Shown: positions 56,017 to 64,000 of the stretch, piece by piece
How the letters are laid out: each line of letters starts with the position of its first letter
Position numbering within the stretch: the stretch's first letter is position 1
Source of the DNA: an uncultured Desulfurococcaceae archaeon
GTDB lineage: Archaea; Thermoproteota; Thermoprotei_A; Sulfolobales; NBVN01
Assembly (NCBI GenBank): GCA_964641155.1
Contig: CAZXJO010000001.1
Coordinates: forward strand, 232,765-296,764
Direction of reading: 5' to 3'
Length of the DNA: 64,000 nt
Notes under the pieces: generated by a model
Told to the model about the DNA's origin: nothing
Seen by the model: only the letters and a program-made list of their open reading frames with translations
The model's database searches: none
Position numbers and translations under genes: made by a program

Positions 56017-56076
56017 GTTCTTCAGACAAATGCCTTAACATCATTTACTCAGTTCCGGAGGTACTCATCACTCCAT
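56017..56076 (-). ncRNA. C/D box sRNA
   Basis: Minus strand layout: C GTGATGA (56071-56065), 12-nt guide GTACCTCCGGAA, D' CTGA (56052-56049), and spacer GTAA. Then C' ATGATGT, 12-nt guide TAAGGCATTTGT, and D CTGA (56025-56022). Confidence 0.75.
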
Positions 56077-56165
56077 TCACGTATAGCATCGCTAAGCAGC
56101 TTTAATTTTCATTAGGTCTCCATCGCAAAACATTAGTCGCTGTGGCTCAACTACCGGGCGAGGCG

Positions 56166-57194
56166 CTACGGATTACCGCTTTTAAGGACTTTACGTATAC
56201 GTTTTAAGGCCTCCTCAACTACCTCCTGTAATCCCACTCCATGTAAAGCGCTTATGCAGTATACCGGTATTTCGCTGAAGTTTTTGTGGACTAACTCTTT
56301 TACGGCTTCAATCTTATGAGGTGCGGCGCTGTCCACCTTGTTTATTAGAACTACGATTTTATCGCTTCCGAACTCCTCCACTATGTTTGAGAGTAATTTG
56401 AGTTGGCTTCGTAACGTGTAGTAAGTTTCTAAGGGATCTATTAAGAAGAAAACTAGGTCTGCTAAGTACTTTATGGCCACGTAGGCCTTCCGCTCAATGG
56501 CGTTCAACTCATGCAGTGGCCTGTCCAGTATTCCTGGTGTGTCAACGATTTGGAGCTTAACTCCCTCAACCGTCGCATGCCCGAGAACAACCTCCTTGGT
56601 CGTGAAGGGGAATTGGGATACTTTGGGCTTCGCCGTTGAAACCTTGCCGACGAAGGTCGACTTACCTGTTTGAGGCATGCCTGCAACAACAACTGTTGGG
56701 AGGTCCTCAAAGCACGGCATCTTTGAGAGGAGGGTTACTGCGTCCCTCACCTTACCTAACTCATCATCAGACCTCCTAATTATCGACAACACCCTACCAA
56801 CATACTCTCTGAAAAACTTCTTAGCCTCCCTAACGTCTAAGGATGACCTCACTTTAGTCCTATAGATGCTGGTCAGTCTATCGATCGTTCTCAGCTTCTT
56901 ACGTAAGCCGTTAACGAGCTCAACGTAGTTCTCGATACCGGCTATCTTAATCGCTTCTAGGTAGAACCCATCTATTCTATATTTAGAGAGGTTTTCAAAG
57001 TTTGTTAGGAAGGCCCTCCTCAAGTAGCCATATACCCTGTCTATCTTAACCGTGTAAATGTATGAATGTCTCTTCCTCACACCCTTAGGTATCCCCACAC
57101 TTAACGAACATGCCCTAAGGATATGCTCCCTAGCCTCATCGAAGGTGGGTATGTGCACGTGCCTTACTTTCTCTGGAATACATTCCTCCTCCAA
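56166..57194 (-). CDS. NOG1-like GTP-binding protein
   Basis: 342 aa with a NOG1-type N-terminal domain followed by the G domain GMPQTGKST, FPFTT, DTPG and NKVD. Confidence 0.85.
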   Translation of the reverse strand: MEEECIPEKVRHVHIPTFDEAREHILRACSLSVGIPKGVRKRHSYIYTVKIDRVYGYLRRAFLTNFENLSKYRIDGFYLEAIKIAGIENYVELVNGLRKKLRTIDRLTSIYRTKVRSSLDVREAKKFFREYVGRVLSIIRRSDDELGKVRDAVTLLSKMPCFEDLPTVVVAGMPQTGKSTFVGKVSTAKPKVSQFPFTTKEVVLGHATVEGVKLQIVDTPGILDRPLHELNAIERKAYVAIKYLADLVFFLIDPLETYYTLRSQLKLLSNIVEEFGSDKIVVLINKVDSAAPHKIEAVKELVHKNFSEIPVYCISALHGVGLQEVVEEALKRIRKVLKSGNP

Positions 57195-57418
57195 ACAACT
57201 TCACCGTCTCTTAAGATGGCCACAACTCTGTGAAGAGGTATTACGGTATCCCCGATGACCAACCTATCACTTAGTATTTTCACATCATCACTCAAGCTGT
57301 ACTCCTTCAAACCGTTAATGCTTAACCTATCAATAACTAATACCGAGTACTTCCGCCGTTCAGACGCATCTGTCCAGTAAGCTCTATTCAATTCGTTCCT
57401 GATGGTGTTAACCCTCAC
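57164..57418 (-). CDS. DUF504/UPF0248 family protein
   Basis: 84 aa (RNELNRAYW..Y.VLVIDR....IPLHRVVAILRDGEVVWRR) matching the recalled DUF504 pattern. It overlaps the NOG1-like gene start. Confidence 0.55.
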   Translation of the reverse strand: MRVNTIRNELNRAYWTDASERRKYSVLVIDRLSINGLKEYSLSDDVKILSDRLVIGDTVIPLHRVVAILRDGEVVWRRNVFQRK

Positions 57419-57490
57419 CCTCTATCTCCTAACTCAACTATTTGTTAAACCTTATATTCCTGAAAAACATAATCAATCGGTTGATGTTGT

Positions 57491-58096
57491 ATGGCATACA
57501 GGGAGATAGGGACTGGTGCCACAGCAGTTGGTATCAAGACCAACGAGGGTGTCGTTCTGGCAGCTGAGAAAAGGGTCGTGTACGGTGGCTACGTATTGAG
57601 CAGGGTGGGTAAGAAGGTATTCCTCATTAAGGGTAGGTTCGGCCTAGCATGTGCGGGTTTGTTCGCAGACATTCAAACCATAAGTAGGTTAATGAACGTT
57701 GAGATACACAGGTATGAATTGGAGACTTCAAGAACCATGAACGTTAGGACGGCGGCTAAATTACTCTCAATCATACTCTACCAGTACAAGTACATGCCTT
57801 TTCTCTCCGAAGTCATATTCGGCGGCATTGATGAGGGAGGTCCTCACATCTTCGTCATGGATCCTCTAGGCTCACTAATTGAGGACGACTACGCATCTGT
57901 AGGCACCGGCGCGCCAGTAGCTATAGGCGTCATAGAAAGCGAGTACAGGAAGGACCTGACCCTCGAGGCTGCTGAGAACTTAGCTGTTAAGGCGGTTAGA
58001 TCCGCTATTTCCAGGGATGCGGTATCGGGTGATGGTGTGGACGTGGCGGTTATAAGTAGGAGCGGGTCTTATGAGAGATTCTATCAGGTGGCTTAA
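57491..58096 (+). CDS. psmB: Proteasome beta subunit
   Basis: 201 aa. A short propeptide MAYREIG is followed by the catalytic TGATAVGIKTNEGVVLAAEKR. Confidence 0.9.
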   Translation: MAYREIGTGATAVGIKTNEGVVLAAEKRVVYGGYVLSRVGKKVFLIKGRFGLACAGLFADIQTISRLMNVEIHRYELETSRTMNVRTAAKLLSIILYQYKYMPFLSEVIFGGIDEGGPHIFVMDPLGSLIEDDYASVGTGAPVAIGVIESEYRKDLTLEAAENLAVKAVRSAISRDAVSGDGVDVAVISRSGSYERFYQVA

Positions 58097-58116
58097 TCAC
58101 GGTAAAATACTTTGAC

Positions 58117-58737
58117 GTGGAGAAGGCTAAGGAGATCCAGAAAGTACTAGCTAAGAGAGTTGACAGGAGTTACGTCTTAAAGGACGTTAACAGCGTTGCA
58201 GGTTTGGATGTCTCATACTCTAAGGATGTCGGGGTGGCTGCCGCAGTCTTACTGGACTTCCCAGGGTTAAATCTTAAAGAGTACGCGGTCGCAAGGGGGG
58301 TCGTGGAAGTGCCTTACATACCGGGATTACTAGCTTTCAGAGAAGCGCCGTTGATGATTAAAGCGTATGAAAAACTTGGCTGTGATGCTGACTTAATCGT
58401 AGTTGATGGTCACGGTGTTACGCATCCTAGGGGGTTCGGTGTGGCCTCACATGTGGGGTTGGTATTAGATAAGCCGACGATAGGGGTGGCTAAGAACTTA
58501 CTTTACGGGTCTGTCGTGAGGTACCCAGACTCCGCAGAGTACGTAGTGGTTAACGGCAGCGTAGGTGGTATGGTATACGAACGCTTGGGTAGGAAGCTCT
58601 ACATTTCCATAGGGCATAAGGTATCCATGGAGTCCCTGAAGCTCATCGTGCCCCAACTCTTCAAATCGCACTACCTGCCAGAGCCTACCTATATAGCCGA
58701 TGCTATATCTAAAAGGTTTAGGAGGTTGCAATGCTAA
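58117..58737 (+). CDS. nfi: Endonuclease V
   Basis: 206 aa with VAGLDVSY, YIPGLLAFRE and DGHGVTHPRGFGVASHVG. Confidence 0.9.
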   Translation: MEKAKEIQKVLAKRVDRSYVLKDVNSVAGLDVSYSKDVGVAAAVLLDFPGLNLKEYAVARGVVEVPYIPGLLAFREAPLMIKAYEKLGCDADLIVVDGHGVTHPRGFGVASHVGLVLDKPTIGVAKNLLYGSVVRYPDSAEYVVVNGSVGGMVYERLGRKLYISIGHKVSMESLKLIVPQLFKSHYLPEPTYIADAISKRFRRLQC

Positions 58738-59135
58738 GGGTGGAGGGGGAGGTTGTCTCAGGTAGTGGCGAAGGGAGGAAATACGTAAGCATGCCCGTCT
58801 ACAATGAGGTACTCAGCCGTATCTTGAAATCTAAGCCATTCGAAGGGACTTTGAACATATCGCTGAGGGGTTTAAGCGTCGATGAATTAGCTGCTAACTG
58901 CACCCCGAACACCGTAAGCGATATCAATGTTGGGGGAGTCACGTACGGAGGCTTCTACTACTGGCTCTGCAGGATAGTTAACTCGCGCAACAACATGTCA
59001 GACGATGCGGTAGCCTTAAGACCCTTCAGGTCCAGAAATCCTAAGAACGTTGTGGAGTTAATCTCCGATAAATGCCTAAGGGAACGTATGATGTTGGAAG
59101 ACGGTGACCTAGTCACCCTGGAATTCATGTGTTAG
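58731..59135 (+). CDS. ribK: CTP-dependent riboflavin kinase (archaeal RibK)
   Basis: 134 aa with GEVVSGSGEGRKYVSMPVY...KPFEGTLNISL. Confidence 0.8.
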   Translation: MLRVEGEVVSGSGEGRKYVSMPVYNEVLSRILKSKPFEGTLNISLRGLSVDELAANCTPNTVSDINVGGVTYGGFYYWLCRIVNSRNNMSDDAVALRPFRSRNPKNVVELISDKCLRERMMLEDGDLVTLEFMC

Positions 59136-59145
59136 TGGTTGACTG

Positions 59146-59574
59146 ATGGCGGGTAACTTAACGTTCAAATGCTACCGATGCGTTCACTGCTGCTTCTTCG
59201 TGTCTGAAGAGGAATCACCCATACTGCTTAAAGATGAGTTAGAGAACCTGACGTCGGAGGCCGCAAGACTCGGCGTTGAATTGAAGTTCGATGAGCTGGA
59301 TGATGGGTTCTTCAGATTGGTGTTGAGAGGTTTCTGCCCATTCTACGATATAGCAAGCCGTGAATGCATCATTCATCCGAAGAAACCTATCTCCTGCAAA
59401 ATGTACCCGCTACTCCTAAATTTGAGGACTGGTGACATCCACGTATCAGTAGCTTGTGACTGGGTAATCGAGAACATGAGTAAGTTAATGGAGGGTGATT
59501 ACGACTTGGGGAAAGTGTTCGAAAACGAGTTGAAGTGGGTTAAAATATTATATAGGAGGCTGATTGATACTTAA
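59146..59574 (+). CDS. YkgJ/UPF0153 family Zn/Fe-S cluster protein
   Basis: 142 aa. It has N-terminal CYRCVHCC, then CPFYD..CIIHP..PISCKMYP. Confidence 0.6.
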   Translation: MAGNLTFKCYRCVHCCFFVSEEESPILLKDELENLTSEAARLGVELKFDELDDGFFRLVLRGFCPFYDIASRECIIHPKKPISCKMYPLLLNLRTGDIHVSVACDWVIENMSKLMEGDYDLGKVFENELKWVKILYRRLIDT

Positions 59575-59830
59575 GCGGGTGATTTCAGTGATTCCAGGGC
59601 ACAAGGGTTACGTGAAGACATCGGTTCTGTACATGACCTACGACGAAGGATTAGCCAATGGGGTCCGTGAAATGATATCATCTAGATATAAGGTCCTCTC
59701 CTTCAGCAGGAGTAAAGTCGTTAAGGAGCTCTACTTCATAGAGGTGGAGGGGAACGTTAAAGAAGAGGTGGAAGCACTTATCAAGGATAAACCTATTTGG
59801 TATAAGATCGATGTTTTAGAATTCAAGTAA
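59564..59830 (+). CDS. Hypothetical protein
   Basis: 88-aa ORF overlapping the ykgJ-like stop, with no recognisable motif. Confidence 0.4.
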   Translation: MILKRVISVIPGHKGYVKTSVLYMTYDEGLANGVREMISSRYKVLSFSRSKVVKELYFIEVEGNVKEEVEALIKDKPIWYKIDVLEFK

Positions 59831-59838
59831 ATTCTGAA

Positions 59839-59994
59839 CTATAAGTTCTTATTAAGTAAGCCCCTCACAATTTCACATACGAACGTTGCGATCAGGATGA
59901 CCACGGTCGAAGTCTTGACAATGAACGAAGCGGAGGAGACCATCACTAAGGCGGCACCTAGAGCGAGTACCAAGTAAAGCATGCGCCTACCCAT
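59839..59994 (-). CDS. Small hydrophobic hairpin protein (51 aa)
   Basis: Hand-translated: MGRRMLYLVLALGAALVMVSSASFIVKTSTVVILIATFVCEIVRGLLNKNL. The ATG is 2 nt after the stop of the upstream polytopic membrane gene. It is below the ORF-track cutoff. Confidence 0.5.
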   Translation of the reverse strand: MGRRMLYLVLALGAALVMVSSASFIVKTSTVVILIATFVCEIVRGLLNKNL

Positions 59995-59995
59995 A

Positions 59996-61372
59996 TCACA
60001 CCATCCTTAGAGGTAACCCCCTACCGCCTAGGAACCTAGCCAATGAAGCTGATATAGACAGTAGTAAAGTCATATAAAGTGATGGGAGGAACACCAGTGA
60101 GAAGATTAGCGCCATTCCTAAGGAAATGGTGTCAATTAAGATCGAGTTCACATCCTCCACCGCTATGATTCTTTTCTCATTGACGGTCGGTTTCTCAATG
60201 TATAGTGACTCATAGCTAACTTCAACGTACGCTGGGGAACTCGCCGCCACTACTTCGCAGACGCTCACTTGAATGCCGTACCAGTTGAAATCATTAATTA
60301 ATCCGCAACTAGTCACTTCACCATTAATGCTCAGTGAACGTATGACAGTCCCCCTAGGATATGCTAGTAAGAGGTTGGGCTGTGATTGATTGGAAGTGCT
60401 AGTTATAGATATGCCTACGGTACCCTCCTTTAACTCAACCATGCTTACCACAGCATCTGTTGGTACCGGGATCAACAGTCTACCATTCGCGGAAGTTAAG
60501 AGGCCCGGAACGGTTAGGTTTACGACACATGTACGTGTTGGGCCGCAGACCTCGTCGTTGATGGTGCTCAGTGCTGGGGTGAAGGAGAACCCGTAAAGCT
60601 CTAGCACTACGTCGTAGTTAAAGTCTTTGGGGAGCAGGTCATATCCTCCGCCTAAGACATACCTCCCGGACTCATCTACTAGGATAGTCCCCACAAGCTC
60701 GTAGTCTTTGTAGAGTTTAATCACTGCGTTAGGCACTAACCCACCTGAGGCATCTACTACGTATCCGCTAATCTGGGGATTATCAAAACCGATGTTAGTA
60801 ATCGATGCTTGGAAACTTTCTACGAATGCCGGCATTAGAGGGAGCCCAACATACATGACTAAGGACATAGCCACTAGGTACGCCCCTGCATTCTTACCTA
60901 TACGCATAGGTATTGAGTAAAGGGCAATACCTAACAACATTAGGTACCTGTGATACGTCAGTATGAATGAACCCAAGAAGGCGAGCAACCTAAGTGCTGA
61001 AAACGTCGCTGATAAGTAGCCAACCACTATGTTGATAGGCGATGAAAGGAAGGACACGTAGGGGTATTTCAGAAGCCCGGAAATGTAAGTCAGCACGGAA
61101 AACCCTGAGAAAATCAGCGCAATCCTACCACCTATCCATGTGAAGTAGTTACTCCAATTAGCGCCTAACAGGTTTTGTAGAAACGATGTTAGATCCAAAA
61201 TCAACGTAAAACATGAGATCATTATGCATGCCGATATGCCATCAGTAATTAAGTTAATTCCCCACCTCTTGATGGATTTTAACGGAATCGGTAGGGAGTA
61301 CAGCACTACGCCTAGATTGTAAGTCAGTAGCGCCAAATTAAACGCTACCAACTGTAAGTCATCACCACTCAT
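59996..61372 (-). CDS. Polytopic membrane protein with extracytoplasmic beta-rich (CarboxypepD_reg-like) domain
   Basis: About 458 aa from the ATG at 61372. About 6 N-terminal TM helices are followed by a ~230-aa soluble region (ISGYVVDASGGLVPNAVIKLYKD..ESGRYVLGG) and a C-terminal TM segment. The ORF-track start at 61420 overlaps the upstream gene. Confidence 0.6.
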   Translation of the reverse strand: MSGDDLQLVAFNLALLTYNLGVVLYSLPIPLKSIKRWGINLITDGISACIMISCFTLILDLTSFLQNLLGANWSNYFTWIGGRIALIFSGFSVLTYISGLLKYPYVSFLSSPINIVVGYLSATFSALRLLAFLGSFILTYHRYLMLLGIALYSIPMRIGKNAGAYLVAMSLVMYVGLPLMPAFVESFQASITNIGFDNPQISGYVVDASGGLVPNAVIKLYKDYELVGTILVDESGRYVLGGGYDLLPKDFNYDVVLELYGFSFTPALSTINDEVCGPTRTCVVNLTVPGLLTSANGRLLIPVPTDAVVSMVELKEGTVGISITSTSNQSQPNLLLAYPRGTVIRSLSINGEVTSCGLINDFNWYGIQVSVCEVVAASSPAYVEVSYESLYIEKPTVNEKRIIAVEDVNSILIDTISLGMALIFSLVFLPSLYMTLLLSISASLARFLGGRGLPLRMV

Positions 61373-61385
61373 GTAGGGGCCCTGC

Positions 61386-61649
61386 CTACGGCTGAGGTGG
61401 CGGGGGCATCGGCTGTGCAATATTTGAGGTTATGTAGGAAATCAGTGAGAATATCGAGCTACCCAGAGCCAACCAGAACGCAGCTATTACCGCATCCTCA
61501 ACTAGCGATTGCCCGGTCCTCTTCAACCTATAGAAAGGTATTGGAGAACCTTTCAGCGCCCAACCAACGAACCAGGCCAGTAAGAAAACGAACCATGAAA
61601 TCGTAACTACCTGAAGCGTTAGCTCCCTGACGAAGTCCGCAATGCCCAT
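61386..61649 (-). CDS. Small 2-TM membrane protein with Pro-rich tail
   Basis: 87 aa. Two hydrophobic helices are separated by the basic loop LKGSPIPFYRLKRTGQS. It is the first gene of a three-gene same-strand cluster. Confidence 0.55.
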   Translation of the reverse strand: MGIADFVRELTLQVVTISWFVFLLAWFVGWALKGSPIPFYRLKRTGQSLVEDAVIAAFWLALGSSIFSLISYITSNIAQPMPPPPQP

Positions 61650-61902
61650 CTACCTCCCCAAAAACCTGCAAACTTAAAAAGTGTTAATACCAGCCGTCCT
61701 CATTCATCACCAGCCCCCACCCCTCCAGCCGCCAAAACAGCCTCATAACCCCCTCAGCATGATACCGACTACCTCGGTCCTGAGGAATTGCAGTAATGGA
61801 CTGGAGGCCTGCTCAAAGTTAAGTCTTAAGTGGGAAGTGTCGGTCATGAGTCATCATCAGAAGTTCCCTCCACTTAAGGTGGGGTGCTGCGTAAGCGTGT
61901 AG

Positions 61903-63179
61903 CCTGGTCAGACTTACATCCTTGGAGTAGGGGTTCACGGCGGATGCGAAGCAGGGGTAGTTGTTAGAGGCGTTCACCTCCCTAGGAAGGTATTCAATGA
62001 CTTCGTCGAGCTCGAAGGTATGTGTCGTAACATGGTTGAACAGTTAATGATGTACGCTATTGGAAACAAGGCAACGGGTTTTACTAAGCTTAAGGTAGAG
62101 AAATACCGTGAGATGAGGGATCTCCACCCGCAACTACCTTCACACTACGTCTGCACGGCATGTCAAGACGCTAGCACCAGAGCCAAGAGCTTTCTAAAAC
62201 TGAAGAAGCGAGGTCTAACCGATAAGGTATACACAGTGGTTAGGAACATCAGCATATTGCTCGACGGCCACCTATGGAAACTCAATGGCTTAACCTCCAT
62301 TGAAATAGCTACTCATAAAGGAAGGTTATCCATAGGTTTCGTACCTCACGAGCGGTATTGGAAATACTTCAACAGATGTTGGGGGCTTGCTTCTGAGGTG
62401 AAAATAAAGCTTGATAATGAGAACAGACAGCTACTAGTCTACCTAACCTTCGTTAAGGAAATTGAGGAGTATAAGCACGAGGGGTATCTGCTGTAGACGT
62501 CAATGAAAACAACATCGCTATACTAGTTGACGGTGTTGCATACCTCTTTGAGACAAACATGGAGAAGCTCGTTCTAGGATATTACTACCGCAGAAAGAGA
62601 GTACAGGAGAAGTACGAGAAGCTCTACGGTGTTAAATCACGTGCGAAGAAGAAAACGCTCAGAAAACTCAAAGAGAGAAAGAAGAAACAGGACGTAAAGT
62701 GGAAGATAGCAAACATAGCCGTTAGAACAACTTACGAGATGCGGTACACCATCGTTCTTAAGAAGCTCGGTAAGAGACCAGCTGACAACATGATTATGAA
62801 GTTTAAGGATGAACAGTTACGCCATAGGATGTATCGGACATCCTTTAAAGGTATTCAGAAAGCAATTGAGGGGGAAGCAAAGGAGTACGGCGTACCAGTG
62901 GTCTACGTAGACCCTAAGAACACTTCGAAGCAGTGTCCAATACACAGGGCCCTCATAATCTATGACACCGGTTCTAGGATTGGTAGGTGCAGTAAAGAAG
63001 GTGAATTATGGTATAGAGACGTTGCTACTTGCTGGAACCTTCTTTTCAAAGCCCTAGGGGGTGATGGGGGCAACGCTCCAAATCTCTTAGGGCTGAGTGT
63101 AGATGGGAGCCACGTGCCGTTGGGCTCGACAACCACGCATGACCCCGCAGGGATACCCGAAGCACAGTGGGCGAGGTAG
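61903..63179 (+). pseudogene. tnpB: Decayed IS200/IS605-family TnpB (OrfB), frameshifted, no TnpA
   Basis: The N-terminal part (frame of 62020-62496) and the C-terminal part (frame open from 62475, GVSAVDVNENNIAILVDG...) require a -1 shift near the G-run at 62481-62484. There is no start codon for the upstream homologous stretch. The RuvC-II context reads IVLKKL instead of ..E.L, and the Zn finger is reduced to CPIH...C. RuvC-III YRDVATCWNLL is retained. Confidence 0.75.
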
Positions 63180-63292
63180 AAGTTCCTGGAGGCAACTCTG
63201 AAAAACCCTGAAGTAATGGGAATGACCCTCCAGGGACAAACGGATAAATTTAAAAGGTTTAAGTCCCCCATAAGTAGGGGGTTGGAGGGCTA

Positions 63293-63697
63293 ATGATCGG
63301 TGCGCGTACTCTACTAATGCATGGGGGGGTGCAAGCCGCCTACAGAGTTGTTGGCAAACACGTTTACGGTAATTTATATGATTGTGACCCGAACACTCTC
63401 TCAGATGCTAAGTACTTGACCGAAGTTATAGTTAACGCAGCTAAAGAGGGTAACATGGTCTTACTGGATGTCAGGAGTTGGAAAATCGACCCAGGCGTAA
63501 GCGTTGTTGCCATAATCTTAGAGTCGCACATAACGATACATACGTGGCCTGAATATTGTTTCGCAGCGGTTGACGTTTATTCTTGCGGTCTACACACAGA
63601 CCCTGAGAGCTCCTTTAGATACATAGTGAAAGCGTTAAATGCGCGGAGGTATGAGTACAAAGTAGTTGATAGGTCTTTTAAGTCAGAGGATTTTTAA
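63293..63697 (+). CDS. speH: Pyruvoyl-dependent S-adenosylmethionine decarboxylase proenzyme family (SpeH-type; AdoMetDC or its arginine decarboxylase paralog)
   Basis: 134 aa with [11 protein letters not shown] and the self-cleavage context [14 protein letters not shown]. Confidence 0.85.
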   Translation: MIGARTLLMHGGVQAAYRVVGKHVYGNLYDCDPNTLSDAKYLTEVIVNAAKEGNMVLLDVRSWKIDPGVSVVAIILESHITIHTWPEYCFAAVDVYSCGLHTDPESSFRYIVKALNARRYEYKVVDRSFKSEDF

Positions 63698-63867
63698 AGT
63701 CAGGAGATTTATCTGTTACTGCCATGATAAAAATCATGAGAAATGATTGATGTAAGAGTTTATTAACCTCAAAGTAAGTCTTAGTTAGGGAGGGTCGGCG
63801 GAGAGTAGAAGGCCCTCCAACCCCGCGGTGATTGGGGCTAATCCCAATCAATGATCCCCCAACACCG

Positions 63868-63999
63868 CTACACGCTCCTTACACTGCTTTTAATTCTTTT
63901 CAGAAATTCTAAGGCAGCTTCGTTATTGCCGTAGGTGGAGATGTAGAAGCCGTCGCTAAGATCCTTAACCCCCTCCAAAACTTCCTTGAAAAGGATTTC
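63868..63999 (-). CDS. 3' end of an unidentified gene extending beyond the window
   Basis: The frame is open from the window edge and reads ..EILFKEVLEGVKDLSDGFYISTYGNNEAALEFLKRIKSSVRSV, with the stop (TAG) at 63870-63868. The product is not recognised. Confidence 0.3.
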   Translation of the reverse strand, partial: EILFKEVLEGVKDLSDGFYISTYGNNEAALEFLKRIKSSVRSV

Positions 64000-64000
64000 A

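Noticed and set aside
61681-61902. 73-aa Pro-rich plus-strand ORF upstream of the TnpB remnant
   Set aside because: There is no start context or recognisable domain. It lies in the presumed left-end region of the decayed IS element and contains its inverted repeat, so it is likely non-coding.
1-64000. Search for CRISPR arrays, rRNA genes, and a prophage or defence island
   Set aside because: I noticed no regularly spaced direct repeats of 24-40 nt, no rRNA-like conserved blocks, and no cas, integrase, restriction-modification or toxin-antitoxin signatures. The window reads as core housekeeping chromosome.

Overview
This 64 kb window is a core, gene-dense chromosomal segment from a hyperthermophilic crenarchaeon. 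The lineage call rests on reverse gyrase, Cren7, a thermosome, an A-type ATPase operon, Elf1, eS30, and AT-rich TATA boxes about 25-40 nt upstream of starts. No species is claimed.

The coding content is mostly information processing and housekeeping:
- Replication and repair: reverse gyrase, PCNA, PriL, RFC small and large subunits, Orc1/Cdc6, a type IA topoisomerase, PINA, EndoV.
- Translation and RNA: MetRS, GatDE, aSUI1, eS30, Nop5, Tsr3, TiaS, an Sm protein.
- Transcription: Rpo6 and Rpo12.
- Other: the ATPase operon K-E-C-F-A-B-D, AOR, GGGP synthase, SAM synthetase, SAM decarboxylase, proteasome beta, signal peptidase.

Non-coding content I can support:
- A full-size RNase P RNA.
- tRNA-His(GUG), with an 18-nt intron and an encoded G-1, and tRNA-Asn(GUU).
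- Two textbook C/D box sRNAs and two weaker ones.
- A candidate replication origin: four ORB-like 21-mers around a ~78% A+T core, about 7 kb from orc1/cdc6.

Mobile or selfish elements are two inteins (atpA P-loop, rfcS), both with degenerate LAGLIDADG motifs, and a decayed stand-alone TnpB. I saw no CRISPR array and no rRNA.

The most system-like unexplained locus is a three-gene membrane cluster (2-TM protein, polytopic protein with an extracytoplasmic beta-rich domain, 51-aa hairpin). Its architecture resembles Ced/Ted DNA-import loci, but this is inference only.

All family assignments come from motif recognition by eye. No database search was run.
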